Positions 53,892 to 64,000 of a DNA stretch of 64,000 nucleotides are shown here, in pieces. Position numbers and translations under genes: made by a program. The number at the start of each line of letters is the position of its first letter. Positions within the stretch are counted from its first letter, which is position 1. Source of the stretch: Felis catus (Eukaryota); NCBI RefSeq assembly GCF_018350175.1, contig NC_058368.1, positions 43,774,001-43,838,000 of the forward strand, given 5' to 3'. The notes beneath the pieces are model-generated. The model ran no database searches. It saw nothing but the letters and a program-made list of their open reading frames with translations, and was not told the DNA's origin.

Positions 53892-55084
53892 GACTTATGG
53901 TCACGATTTTTCAATGTATATTATGTTGTATACCTGAAACTAATATGATATTATATGTAAATAATACCTCAGTTGATAAATTTTAAAAATGGAGAGGTTT
54001 CACAATTCAAACTCAACAATTATCATTGGAAATATATTTGAGTGATTTTTTATAATGTGTTATTTATTTTTTAATAAAGATTTATCCTTACAAAGGCAGT
54101 CTATTTCTGATTTTTATGAACTGTCCCCAATGCTTGCTCCAAATGACAAATAGTAAATACTCTTAAATATATTTAATAAATAAAGAATTAAATAAAATTT
54201 ATTTTTTTAAAAAACTTTTTAATGTATACCTTTCTCCTATTTTATGTATTTTATAATTTCAAATCATTTAATTATAATCAAGATTTTTTGTCATCCAATT
54301 TATTTATATGTATTCAACTTTCAATATTTTGATAAAACAGCATAATTCAGTGTCTTTGTATTTCACTTTTCACATCATTATAATATGTTGAAAATTTACT
54401 ACTTAATCTATCAAGTTATGTTTTTAACTTTTTTAACAAAAACATCAATGGAATTTTTAAATGTTATATAGAATATTCTAACTGTAAATTTTCCTCCATC
54501 ATAGAGAGAATTTACAAAATCATTCATAATCTGATTCTAATTCTTAGTGCTAAATTTAACTTCTGGAAACTGTATTAACACTTTCTGTCCAGTGAAAGGA
54601 TTTAATATATAGTATCCCAGTATCTTTAAAAGGGTAGTAAAAATCTTGAATGTGTCTTTTCTCATTCATTTCCCCTTACAGGCTTTACAAAATGGCTATA
54701 TAGTTAGACAATAACAAGGCAGTCAAATAAGTCATTGTGTTTAATTATTCAGTAGATATTTATGGAACACTATTATGTGTCAGCAATGTGATAGGCATTA
54801 AGAAAAAGTCAAAGAAGTGTAAGTCATGCTCTTTGCCCTTGGCGTGTATTCAATCTCTCTGGCAAGAAAAGTGCATGATGAGGAAGTGCAATCCATTGTA
54901 ATGAGTACAGAAAGAAGGACAAAGGAAAAATTGTTTTAATGTCAAGGCAGCATCTCCAGATAAGTAGGGATAAAAGCTTTGACAAAGTGTTACATATGCA
55001 TATCCATAAAAAATAAGTATATCCGTCAGAGAAAAAGAAAAAACTATGGTCAGAGGCAGTAAGGTACAGAAACTTACAAGAGTA

Positions 55085-55250
55085 TGTGTGGTGAGAACTT
55101 TTAAGATCACTCCTAGCAACTTTAAAATGTACAGTACAGTATTTTAACTATAGTTATCATACTGTACATTACACCTCCACAACTTACTCATCTTGTAATT
55201 GGAAGTTTGTACCCTTTGACTATCTTCATTCATTTCTCCCAGCCCTCCAG
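55085..55250 (-). mobile_element. L1MA-like 3'UTR fragment
   Basis: GTGGTGAGAACTTTTAAGATC...TTAACTATAG...GGAAGTTTGTACCCTTTGAC. Confidence 0.8.
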
Positions 55251-57568
55251 TCTTACAATTTTATGTGAGGAGGGATTCAGAATGTGAGTTCTGAAGGAGG
55301 GATTCAGAATGTGAGTTAAACATGGCACAAAATGAAGGGACAGAATGCTAGACTGTGTGAAGCTTGATTGGATTCAAAGGTATATGTAGGAAGATTGAAA
55401 CTTTATTATAAAGATACAAAAAGGAAGGGGATTTCTTTGTTACTTCTGTGACTGGATTATCTAGGATCTAAACTGACCACTCATGTTTTTCTGAGTCAAA
55501 ATGGCAGTTTCCATGCCTTTCAAAACCCTTATGGAGATTAAGTATAAAGTCAGTGAAAAGGCTCACAGACTGTGATTATTATAATGGTGGTGGGAGACCG
55601 TAGGGTACATTCAGGCACAGAGCATCAGGTGATTATACATTGTATATTTTTGCAATGATATGAAACTTATATGATTCAATAATTGCTTGCAATTTATTTT
55701 TATTTCTCATCATCTCTATGATAAATATTAAGAATTCAGAGCAATGTGAAAGATTCTGCTTGTGTCCTGACCTAAGCTACCATAAAAGGGTCATCAGTAT
55801 TGATGCCTGCAACAATGACTTAAACACTGGAATCACCTTAAAATCTTTAGGTCCATTAAACCTACTAATGTCTTCAGATAAATTATAAGTTTACAGAGTT
55901 TCCTATGAGCACAGTCTTCTGAAAAGGAAACAACCAACATTCTCAATTACCTTGAAGCCTTACTGTCTCCACATCTACCTTGGTGCAAATTTTACCACAC
56001 ATAAATATGGCTTTATTGGTTCCATAAATGTACAGTTGAGGAATGCAGAGATGGTGTTAACCTATCTATGAATAGTTTTGAATTTTTAATTACTTAGGCA
56101 AAAATTTTAAAAACCAAAGAAGTATTTGAAAAGAGTACGTGGTTCAATTATCTATCAACAGAGAGAGTATGCTTTTCATAAGAATGCGGTTTTCACTAAT
56201 ATCTCAATTTTAAAGTTCAGAAAGATATCCTTGGTTATCATTCACTACAATAGAGCTTGCTTTTACCACATACCAATTTCTATGTGTAGTAATTATTTCC
56301 AAAATCAGGCTCCCCAAATCATAACATTGCTTCAATAGTCTTTAATATCCTTGAGATATATTTCAAATATAAACATGCTAACACTTTAGATTAAAAACAA
56401 AACTATGAGAATTTTTATAAATTCATTAATAATATGAAAATACTATGTAAATTAAAACAAAATGTATAAACCGTATGGGGGATGAGATGAAATTTCTGGA
56501 AGCCTTTGATTAGCTATGCTCTTCTTTTTTATTTTCTCCCCCAGGTTGCCACTTAAGCTCAAATGAACTATATTGATTATAAAAAAAGGTATATCTTGTA
56601 CTTGACTGTTGTTACACACTTTATGAGTGGAAAAGTCCCAGGATATGATATTTATTCTTGCTGAGTTGCAGAATATAACAGCATGATGCAAAATATATCT
56701 CAGTAAATTATGAAATATGCATATTTAGCTTTTTTGGAAGTTTTCCATATGAAAGTTTTACGTGAGTCTGGGAGGAAGTATTTTCAGCGCTCAGGAGGTT
56801 GTGATCACAGCTGCTTTGCAGTAGAGTAATAGCCAAATTAGCAGTTTTTTTTTCTGTGCTATAAAGCAGCAGCATCACCAGTTTATGATCAACCGATTGA
56901 TCAGACAATGGAGGTTCTGGTATGGACACAGTAGTAGGCTTTTGCTCTTTACAAATCATTCTTAGAAGGCAAGATGTTGTGATAAACAAAGTGTAATGTT
57001 TTCTTTTTGTTACTGCCTATTGTAATATAGTAAACATTTCATCTTAGTTTTAAACTGGTACATTTTTGTTGTTTTTGTTTTGTTTTAGCTTTAGTTTTGC
57101 TGATTCTTTGGCAGTTATTCCAGGATACTTAAAAAAAAAAAATCTGCTGATGTTCCACATTAAACGCTGGTAGAAAAATGTAACTAATGGGACAATCTGC
57201 TGAGATAACATACTGGTTCTCTATTTCCTCTTCTGCCGTTCTATATTTTTGGTGCTTTTGCATAAAAAGAGGATAGTATTTTGCTAAGGAACCAGTCTTC
57301 TGTTTCTATTTATTTTCTCTCATTTGATAATTTTGCTAAAAATGCTACAATTTTGTTACAATAAGAGGGTATCTTGAAAGCAGTTCCTCAAATATCGGTC
57401 CTATGTCATCACCATCGGATTCACTCTTTTAGAATATTACCTCAATCAGATCATGTCTTCTGCTAAAATATTGTGAACAGCTAGCTCCCCATTGCGGGAG
57501 CTGTACCAGATACCTTATATGCACTCTATCCAGTCCTCACCACAGTCTTCAAGATTCTTGTTTTCTTC

Positions 57569-57784
57569 GGGGCGCCTGGGTGGCGCAGTCGGTTAAGCGT
57601 CTGACCTCAGCCAGGTCACGATCTCGCGGTCCGTGAGTTCGAGCCCCGTGTCAGGCTCTGGGCTGATGGCTCAGAGCCTGGAGCCTGTTTCTGATTCTGT
57701 GTCTCCCGCTCTCTCTGCCCCTCCCCCGTTCATGCTCTGTCTCTCTCTGTCCCAAAAATAAACGTTGAAAAAAAAATTAAAAAA
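57569..57784 (+). mobile_element. Young felid SINE (SINEC_Fc-type), probably within a MIR relic
   Basis: Near-consensus; perfect 18-bp TSD AAGATTCTTGTTTTCTTC at 57551-57568 and 57785-57802. Confidence 0.97.
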
Positions 57785-58254
57785 AAGATTCTTGTTTTCT
57801 TCATTTTGGTGATAAATGGATGCTTCTGTAAAAAGATTCTACACTTGATCAAGAACTTACTACCTAGTGTTTGATGTTTAGCTATTTATTTTAGAACTGG
57901 AGTTTTTTAAAAAATTCAAGTCCTATCACTTAATTCAATAAAATTGGTTTGTTTTCATTCTCTATCTCTTAGGTGGCCCAAATCGCCACTATGCTAATTA
58001 CTCATATACAATATTTTCCTAAGATATTCTTATCCCAAACATTTACCTCCCTATAGTTTACTTATTTTCCCATTAATTATTTCTCTAATTGATTTCTCTA
58101 ATTAATCTTTATTTTATTATCTTTCAGTATATTGGATCACTTATACTGAACTTACATAAACTTAATAGTTTTTACAGTATAGCTGGTTGTACACACACTT
58201 TCTGTAGACTATTCCGGGATGGCATACACTTTTTAACATGTATTCTTAATTTGA

Positions 58255-58880
58255 ACAGATATATTGAGATATAATTTATAAACAAATAACTGCACATAAT
58301 TAGTATGTATACTTTTGAAAAGTATGGATTTATGAAAATACCCATGATACCATCAACACAATCAAGACACTAGACATATCCAACACTCCTCATAGTTTAC
58401 TAATGCATTTCTCTGTGTTTTTTATATGTGTTAATAAAGATAATGAGATCTTCCCTCTTAACAAATTTTGAAGAGCACAATACCACATTGTTAATATAGG
58501 CACTATGTTGTACAGCAGTTCTCTAGAATTTATCCATCTAGCATAAGTGAAACCTTATACCCGCTGAATATAAACTCTCTATTTCTACCACCATTCAATT
58601 CCTTAGAATCACTATTGAATCCTCTGCTTTTATGAGTTTGATTATTTTAGATACTTCATATAAGTAGAATCATGAAGTATTTGTCCTAATCCTGGCTTAT
58701 TTCACTCAGCAGAATATCCTCCAGTTTCATCCATGTTGTCAGAAATGGCAGGATTTCTTTCTTTTTTCTTAAAATGGAATAATATTTTATTCATTGTATG
58801 TATATGCCACATTTTTTTATCCATTGATGGACACTTGAGTTGTTTCCATATTTTGGCTATTGTGAATAGTGGTGCAATGA
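58255..58880 (-). mobile_element. Older LINE-1 3' end (L1MA/L1MB-like)
   Basis: TTGAGATATAATTTA...ATAAGTAGAATCATG...TTGTTTCCATATTTTGGCTATTGTGAATAGTG. Confidence 0.87.
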
Positions 58881-59150
58881 TCTAAAATAATTGATATCAA
58901 GATCTTGAAGAAGCATGTATTTTTAATTTATATCTCCAAGGTTATCTATAATACTATTTACAGAGTGTTCTACAAATATTTGGCTAATAAGTGAAATAAA
59001 AGAAAGGGGTTAAGATAGGCATTTTCATAAGACAAATCTACTTATTTTTAAAATTTTGATTCTTTTACTGAAACTTAGAACCAGTTTCCTTCTTTCTAAA
59101 AAAAAATAAAATTATTATGTCATCAAGAAGTTGTGATAAATGATTTTTTA

Positions 59151-59340
59151 TTTTTTTAATGTTTTTTTTTTTTGAGAGAGAGAGAGAGAGGAGGGGCAGA
59201 GAGAGGGAGACACAGAATTGAAGTAGGCCCAGGCTCTGAGCTGTCAGCCCGACATGGGGCTCAAACTCACAAACCAAACCCTGAGATCATTACCTGAGCC
59301 AAGGTTGGATGCTTAACCGACTGAGCCACCCAGGTGCCCC
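59151..59340 (-). mobile_element. Can-SINE
   Basis: Reverse-complement SINE; perfect 16-bp TSD GATAAATGATTTTTTA at 59135-59150 and 59341-59356. Confidence 0.95.
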
Positions 59341-59476
59341 GATAAATGATTTTTTATAAAATGCACATTATAATTTAGTAAGTTGTATTGCATATACTAA
59401 ATATTCAATAAATAATATTGATTTCCCATGCCTTAAAACCGTGCTGGATTTATACTGTAAATGGAAATATTTTTGA

Positions 59477-59494
59477 TGGCCGCCATCTGCTGTC
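59477..59494 (-). promoter_or_regulatory. Candidate CTCF site overlapping a YY1-like motif
   Basis: Minus strand GACAGCAGATGGCGGCCA matches 12/13 of CCASYAGRKGGCR; CAGATGGCGGC resembles YY1 AAGATGGCGGC. Confidence 0.4.
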
Positions 59495-59784
59495 TTCCTC
59501 ATAAGTGCAGGATTTATGACTGAAAATCACTTCTTGCCATGTTGTGAAATTAGTGTGGGATGGTAAATTCCATTTAATACACAGGGGAACATACCCTCCT
59601 CCTTTTACATGGTAAAACTGGGGTACCCAAGGAGTCTTCTCTCAACAAATCTGATAATTGTCCTGGGAACTTTAATTTTGTGTAGTGTGTATATGTAGAG
59701 AAGATTCTTGAAAGGTTACCATCATTATGTGAACATAGCAATGGGACAACCAGCCGTAGTTGCAACCTATCAGTCTGTTCATTC

Positions 59785-60960
59785 TTGTGTTCATTCAGTC
59801 AATAAAAATGAAAAGCTCTATGTTTAAGATAAGGTTTTAAATACTGAAGCTTACCTCAGAAGGAAGAGACAGGCAACAAAATAAATATAAAATATAATAT
59901 AGAAAGTCAAATTTTGAAAATGGTATGGTGTAAAATAAGAGAGGAATGGAGGATAAGGAAGGCCAGGGCTTTAAAATGTTCTGATAGAGTTAGAGAAGAC
60001 CTCGCTGAGATGGTAACATATGAGAAAAGTCTTGAGAAAGACGAAGCACATGACCATACGTAAGTTTTAGGGAAGAATATTCCAGAAACACAAAGCATGA
60101 ATTGTAATGGCCTGAGGTCACAGAGTTAGTGGATGGGGTTATGTACTTTAAGGTGTGGTTAGACTTCACAGCAACTGCAGAGATTTCAAGATTTACTTAG
60201 ACTGAAACAGGAAGCTTTTTTGGAGGGTTTTAGATGAAACGGGGAACTCTTAATGATGCAACTCACTCTTAAATGGGCTTTCTCTGTCTGGTGTATTAAG
60301 AAGCAACAGACAGTAAAAAGGTTAGAGACAGAGAGAAGGCCAATGGAATGATCCAAATAAGACACCAATAATAACCAATAGCTGGTTAGATTTATGATCG
60401 TGTTGTAAAAGTAGAACAAATGTTCTATTACTGATAAATTCAAAGAATTAAGAATGACAATTCATTGGCATAAGAGAGTAGAAATTGTGGGAGACTTGGA
60501 TTTGGAAGGAAGAAGAGAAGCTCATTTAAGGGCAAGTTTGAGATGTTCATTTTGTATCTAAATACAGATGTAATTACAGACTGGGTTGATGGTATAAATT
60601 TGGGACATATAATCACACTGATAGTATTGAAACTGGGAATAGATAAGATTACCAGAGAGGAAGGATATACAGGGAAGTGATGAATTCTAGGATTAAGCCT
60701 AGGGCACATCTACATATAAAAAATAGTGAACATAATAAAGAAATTTTAATGGAGAGAATGAAGAAGCAGAAAATTAAATTGTAAGAAAACGAGGAGAAAA
60801 TAGTATCCTGGAGGCCAAAGTAAAGTTTTTGTAACGGAAGAAGGCAATTAATTAACTTGCAAATATTGTTGACAGAACAAAGACGAATCTGGAGAATTGA
60901 TTGTTATTAGTGATTTGGAGGTGACTGGTAATAATAATTTTGATGGAATGATGGGGTAAA
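59785..60960 (-). mobile_element. L2 LINE 3' region, degraded
   Basis: TCATTCAGTCAATAAA tail pattern, AGTTAGAGAAGACCTCGCTGAGATGGTAACATATGAG, AGTTTGAGATGTTC, GGAGGTGACTGGT, typical of antisense L2. Confidence 0.75.
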
Positions 60961-61188
60961 AACTTCATTAGAGAGACAAAGGAAGGACTGGAATTGTAGT
61001 AATGGAGTGCTTGACTCTTTTAAACAATGTTGGGAAAAGCAATGGATGGCATACATTGCAATTCCAAAGATTTTTCTTTCTGTTCTTATTCCAAAGAAGA
61101 TTTTCACAGAAACTTATAATAACGTGCTTATCAAGATCCATGAAAATACTCAGACTCATAACATTGCTACCTCTGATCACTACTGGAT

Positions 61189-61781
61189 TGTCATACTGAG
61201 GTTGAGTTCCAGAAATGAGATCCTAATTCTTTGCTCCCATATATAAACAGGAGAAACTGAAAGGCAGGCAGGGTCTCTGGTGAAAACTGAAACCAACATA
61301 AATGTCTTTCCCTGAAAGTAGGCAAACCTTTCTCTCCTTTTGCTACATAGTACTAAGACCAAACATAAATAATTTCCTTCTTGCTCCAGGATATTCTTGC
61401 TCTAGAAGACAGGGACATGAAACTACTAAACAGCTTTCTTCTCAGAACTAACATCTTTCTCATCAAGAATCTTTTCAGGACCCTAACCTTTCTGGGCCCA
61501 CCAATTCAAAACTATAATAACATAGTTGGGGAATTAAAACCAGTGTCTCTCCTCACAAATTATAATTTAAAATTACCACAGGACTTAAAGCCTCTTCTAA
61601 TTTCTCTATTTTGGTACACTACTAAGACTGTGAAGGAAGTGCTGTCCTTTTCTCTACTAAAAATTTCTTTACTAAACATACTAGTTTTGCTTGACCAACA
61701 TAACAAGAACATGTGACAAGTGACACTGTGAATCCATAAGATTTAATCTTTGCAATGAGATTATACTCTTTTTGGAGTGAC
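61189..61781 (+). mobile_element. Solo LTR, ERV1 class, MER110-like
   Basis: TGTCA...TGACA ends; TTTTGGTACACTACTAAGACT...TTTGCTTGACCAACA...TTTTTGGAGTGACA resembles the recalled MER110 3' end; no clear TSD. Confidence 0.5.
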
Positions 61782-61845
61782 AACCATTTGTTTTCTTATA
61801 CAGTCTCCTGGTGAAGCACATATCCATGATAGTTTCAACTGGATA

Positions 61846-62057
61846 ACTAAAAAAAAAATTAATGTTTATTTATTTTAGAGAGAAAGATAGAGTGCAAGTT
61901 GGAGAAAGGCAGAGAGAGAGGGAGACACAGAATCCGAAGCAGGCTCCAGGTTCTGAGCTGTCAGCACAGACTGAAGCAGGGCTTGAATGCATGAGCAGTG
62001 GGATCACAACCTGAGCCAAAGTCAGACTCTTAACCAACTGAACCACCCAGGCACCTC
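61846..62057 (-). mobile_element. Can-SINE
   Basis: Reverse-complement SINE; TSD TCAACTGGATA at 61835-61845 and 62058-62068. Confidence 0.95.
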
Positions 62058-64000
62058 TCAACTGGATACTTTGAAGCACTTCTAAGGTCGCTTGTTCAGA
62101 CTGCTTGAGGGAAACAATGAGTGTTTTTAGGGTAACAGAGCTATTCAGGATTACTTTTCTCACTTCAATCTCTTCTGACACCCACACACTAGAACTTCTT
62201 GTAAGGGACATGGATTATGTCGACTTTGAGGGAATCTAGCATTGTTTGGTGACAATAGAAGACACTTTTTCTGAACAGAGTAATTTCAAATAAGAGGAGT
62301 CTTGAAGTTGTCATTGGCAGTCCTTCCTAGGAAGGTAGACAGGTTATGCATACTATGTTTTGTGTTAGATAGGCCAATATAAGAGAAACTCTTACAAATT
62401 GATGGAAAGTTGTCTCCATACACTTAAGTACAGTGTTATGGTTGCATAACAAAAACTAGAACTGGGGATAGGAGTCAAACTAGTTGGGTCTTCATTTACT
62501 CTAATAACTAACAGCATTTCTTAGTTTTATGGCACTTACAACTTATGCAATTTAGTGGGCTTTTATAATCAAATAATACAAAATTATAACTGAGAAATTC
62601 TTAGAAATCACTGCAAGGTCTTAGAAGGACCTTAGAATGATCGCTGTGCAAGTGATCAGTTTTGAAGACTAAGCTTCATTACTTTACAGCCAATTCCATT
62701 AGAGGTGCTTCTATTGTGCAGACACAAAAGAATACAAATATTTGCCCTCCATTCAAATAGGGAAAAAGTGTCCAACAGGTGACAGGTAACTGTCTGCTAT
62801 GTGGGTCAGATTGACATTATGGAGTCAGGCAGCAATAATGGTATTTCTTCTGGTGAATGTTGGATTAAATGTTCTTAAAAAGAATGACTTAACTAGACAT
62901 AAAGTAAATGGCAAAGAACTGCCAATAAGGGCTTGCAAGATTTCTTCTACGCGTGCACCCATCCCAGACCCTATAACATCAGTAACATTGGAGAGCTGAT
63001 GCTTTAGACTGAGCACATCAAATTATGCCAGGAATGATGACAGCTGCTTCCAGGTTGGTAGTAGTTCATAAGTCAATTCTGGCAGTGGGATGATAATGAA
63101 GTTTTTCACCACTGTATTCATTTAATGAAGACAAATCTGGCAAAGTGATGGTATTCTCTGCCACCGCTGGGACAATCACACGAGGTTATTGAGGTTGCCT
63201 GCTTGAGTCTGTATGTCAAGGTCACAAGTGTCCTTCATCTCACTAGTTAAGATCTGTCACCTACTTCCCAAAGGAGCCAGATGATCATTTTCCTAGAAGA
63301 ATGGGCTTTAACCTAGGAAATTGAAAAAGGATTTACCATTCTCTCACTAAAGTTGACCCCTAAAAAAAGAGAAGGCTTAAAAACCAGTTTGAATGGGGTA
63401 TATGGAAGAATATACTGGTAACAGTGATAAAGTCAGAATTATCTCTCAGTGTATATGGACATCATATGTAATTGTGAAATTAAAAAGAAAAAAATCCAAA
63501 GTTGTGACCATTCAGTCAGCCTTGCTAGTAGCACATTTTAGTCAGGATCAGAGTGGGAAAGAAAAGAAAAAAGGGAACATTGTTGATGTTTGGCCACTCT
63601 AAGTTTTATTACATCAAATAGGCTTCCCTTTTTTATTTTCCATTCTAAAACTATTGGATATCCATGAGTTTCACTAGGTAGTGAGGCCCTTGCAGAGTAT
63701 GTCTATATTCATCTTTTAAGGATTTTTTTTTGGAAAGTCTGTGTCCTTAGATAATCCACTTCTGTACTTAATGATATTTGCCATATTTGGGTGCAAGTGT
63801 CACGGTGTACTTAGAAAATACTATGTTGAGATTGACAGTAGCTGGGAAGAGAGTGCGATTTTTAGATCACATCAGATCTGTGTACATCATATGCATCTTA
63901 TGTAACAGAGATCTGTCATTCAGTGCCTTAGTATCTGTGCAATTCACCCAGCTAGGAAAACAGCACTTTCATGTTCTGAAACCATTCTATAGAACCCATA

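Larger units (their letters stand above)
51410..53985 (+). mobile_element. LINE-1 with 5'UTR remnant + ORF1 joined to the last part of ORF2/3'UTR (most of ORF2 absent)
   Basis: ORF1 start MRKQKNRFQMKDQ...PDEEFKVMVIKM at 51618; ORF1 end motif FSDKQMLKEFIT ~52460-52500; then CCCATATGATCCAACAATT (ORF2 3' end) at ~52522; the 3'UTR is split by an LTR. Confidence 0.88.

Noticed and set aside
63781..63790. Perfect CArG box CCATATTTGG
   Set aside because: Several matches are expected by chance in 64 kb of AT-rich DNA; no support beyond the motif.
1..64000. CRISPR arrays, operons, numt, retroviral gag/pol/env or other novel multi-gene system
   Set aside because: No repeat-spacer array, no long intact ORF, and no mitochondrial or viral coding sequence recognised; known mammalian repeats and AT-rich unique DNA explain what I can see.

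Overview
AT-rich mammalian nuclear DNA, almost certainly from a felid (cat family). It carries ~20 carnivore tRNA-derived SINEs, several of the felid SINEC_Fc type, plus many LINE-1 pieces, ERV/MaLR solo LTRs, and L2, MIR and MER5-like relics. I found no convincing protein-coding exon, so the window looks like intergenic DNA or a large intron; the recognisable ORFs in the track come from L1 or SINEs and the rest look like chance ORFs. Best-supported items: (1) a ~5.4 kb near-full-length, frameshifted L1 on the minus strand (17958-23337) with a 17-bp TSD; (2) a 5'-truncated GAPDH processed pseudogene (39669-39927, minus) at a target site that appears to have been hit twice; (3) an ORF1-only, 'half-L1'-like element (~51410-53985) holding a solo ERV1-type LTR that itself holds a SINE; (4) a few repeat-poor, motif-dense blocks that may be regulatory, including a CTCF/YY1-like site. 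I see no evidence for a new biological system. Repeat subfamily names come from recalled consensus sequences, not a database search, and boundaries of old repeats are approximate.
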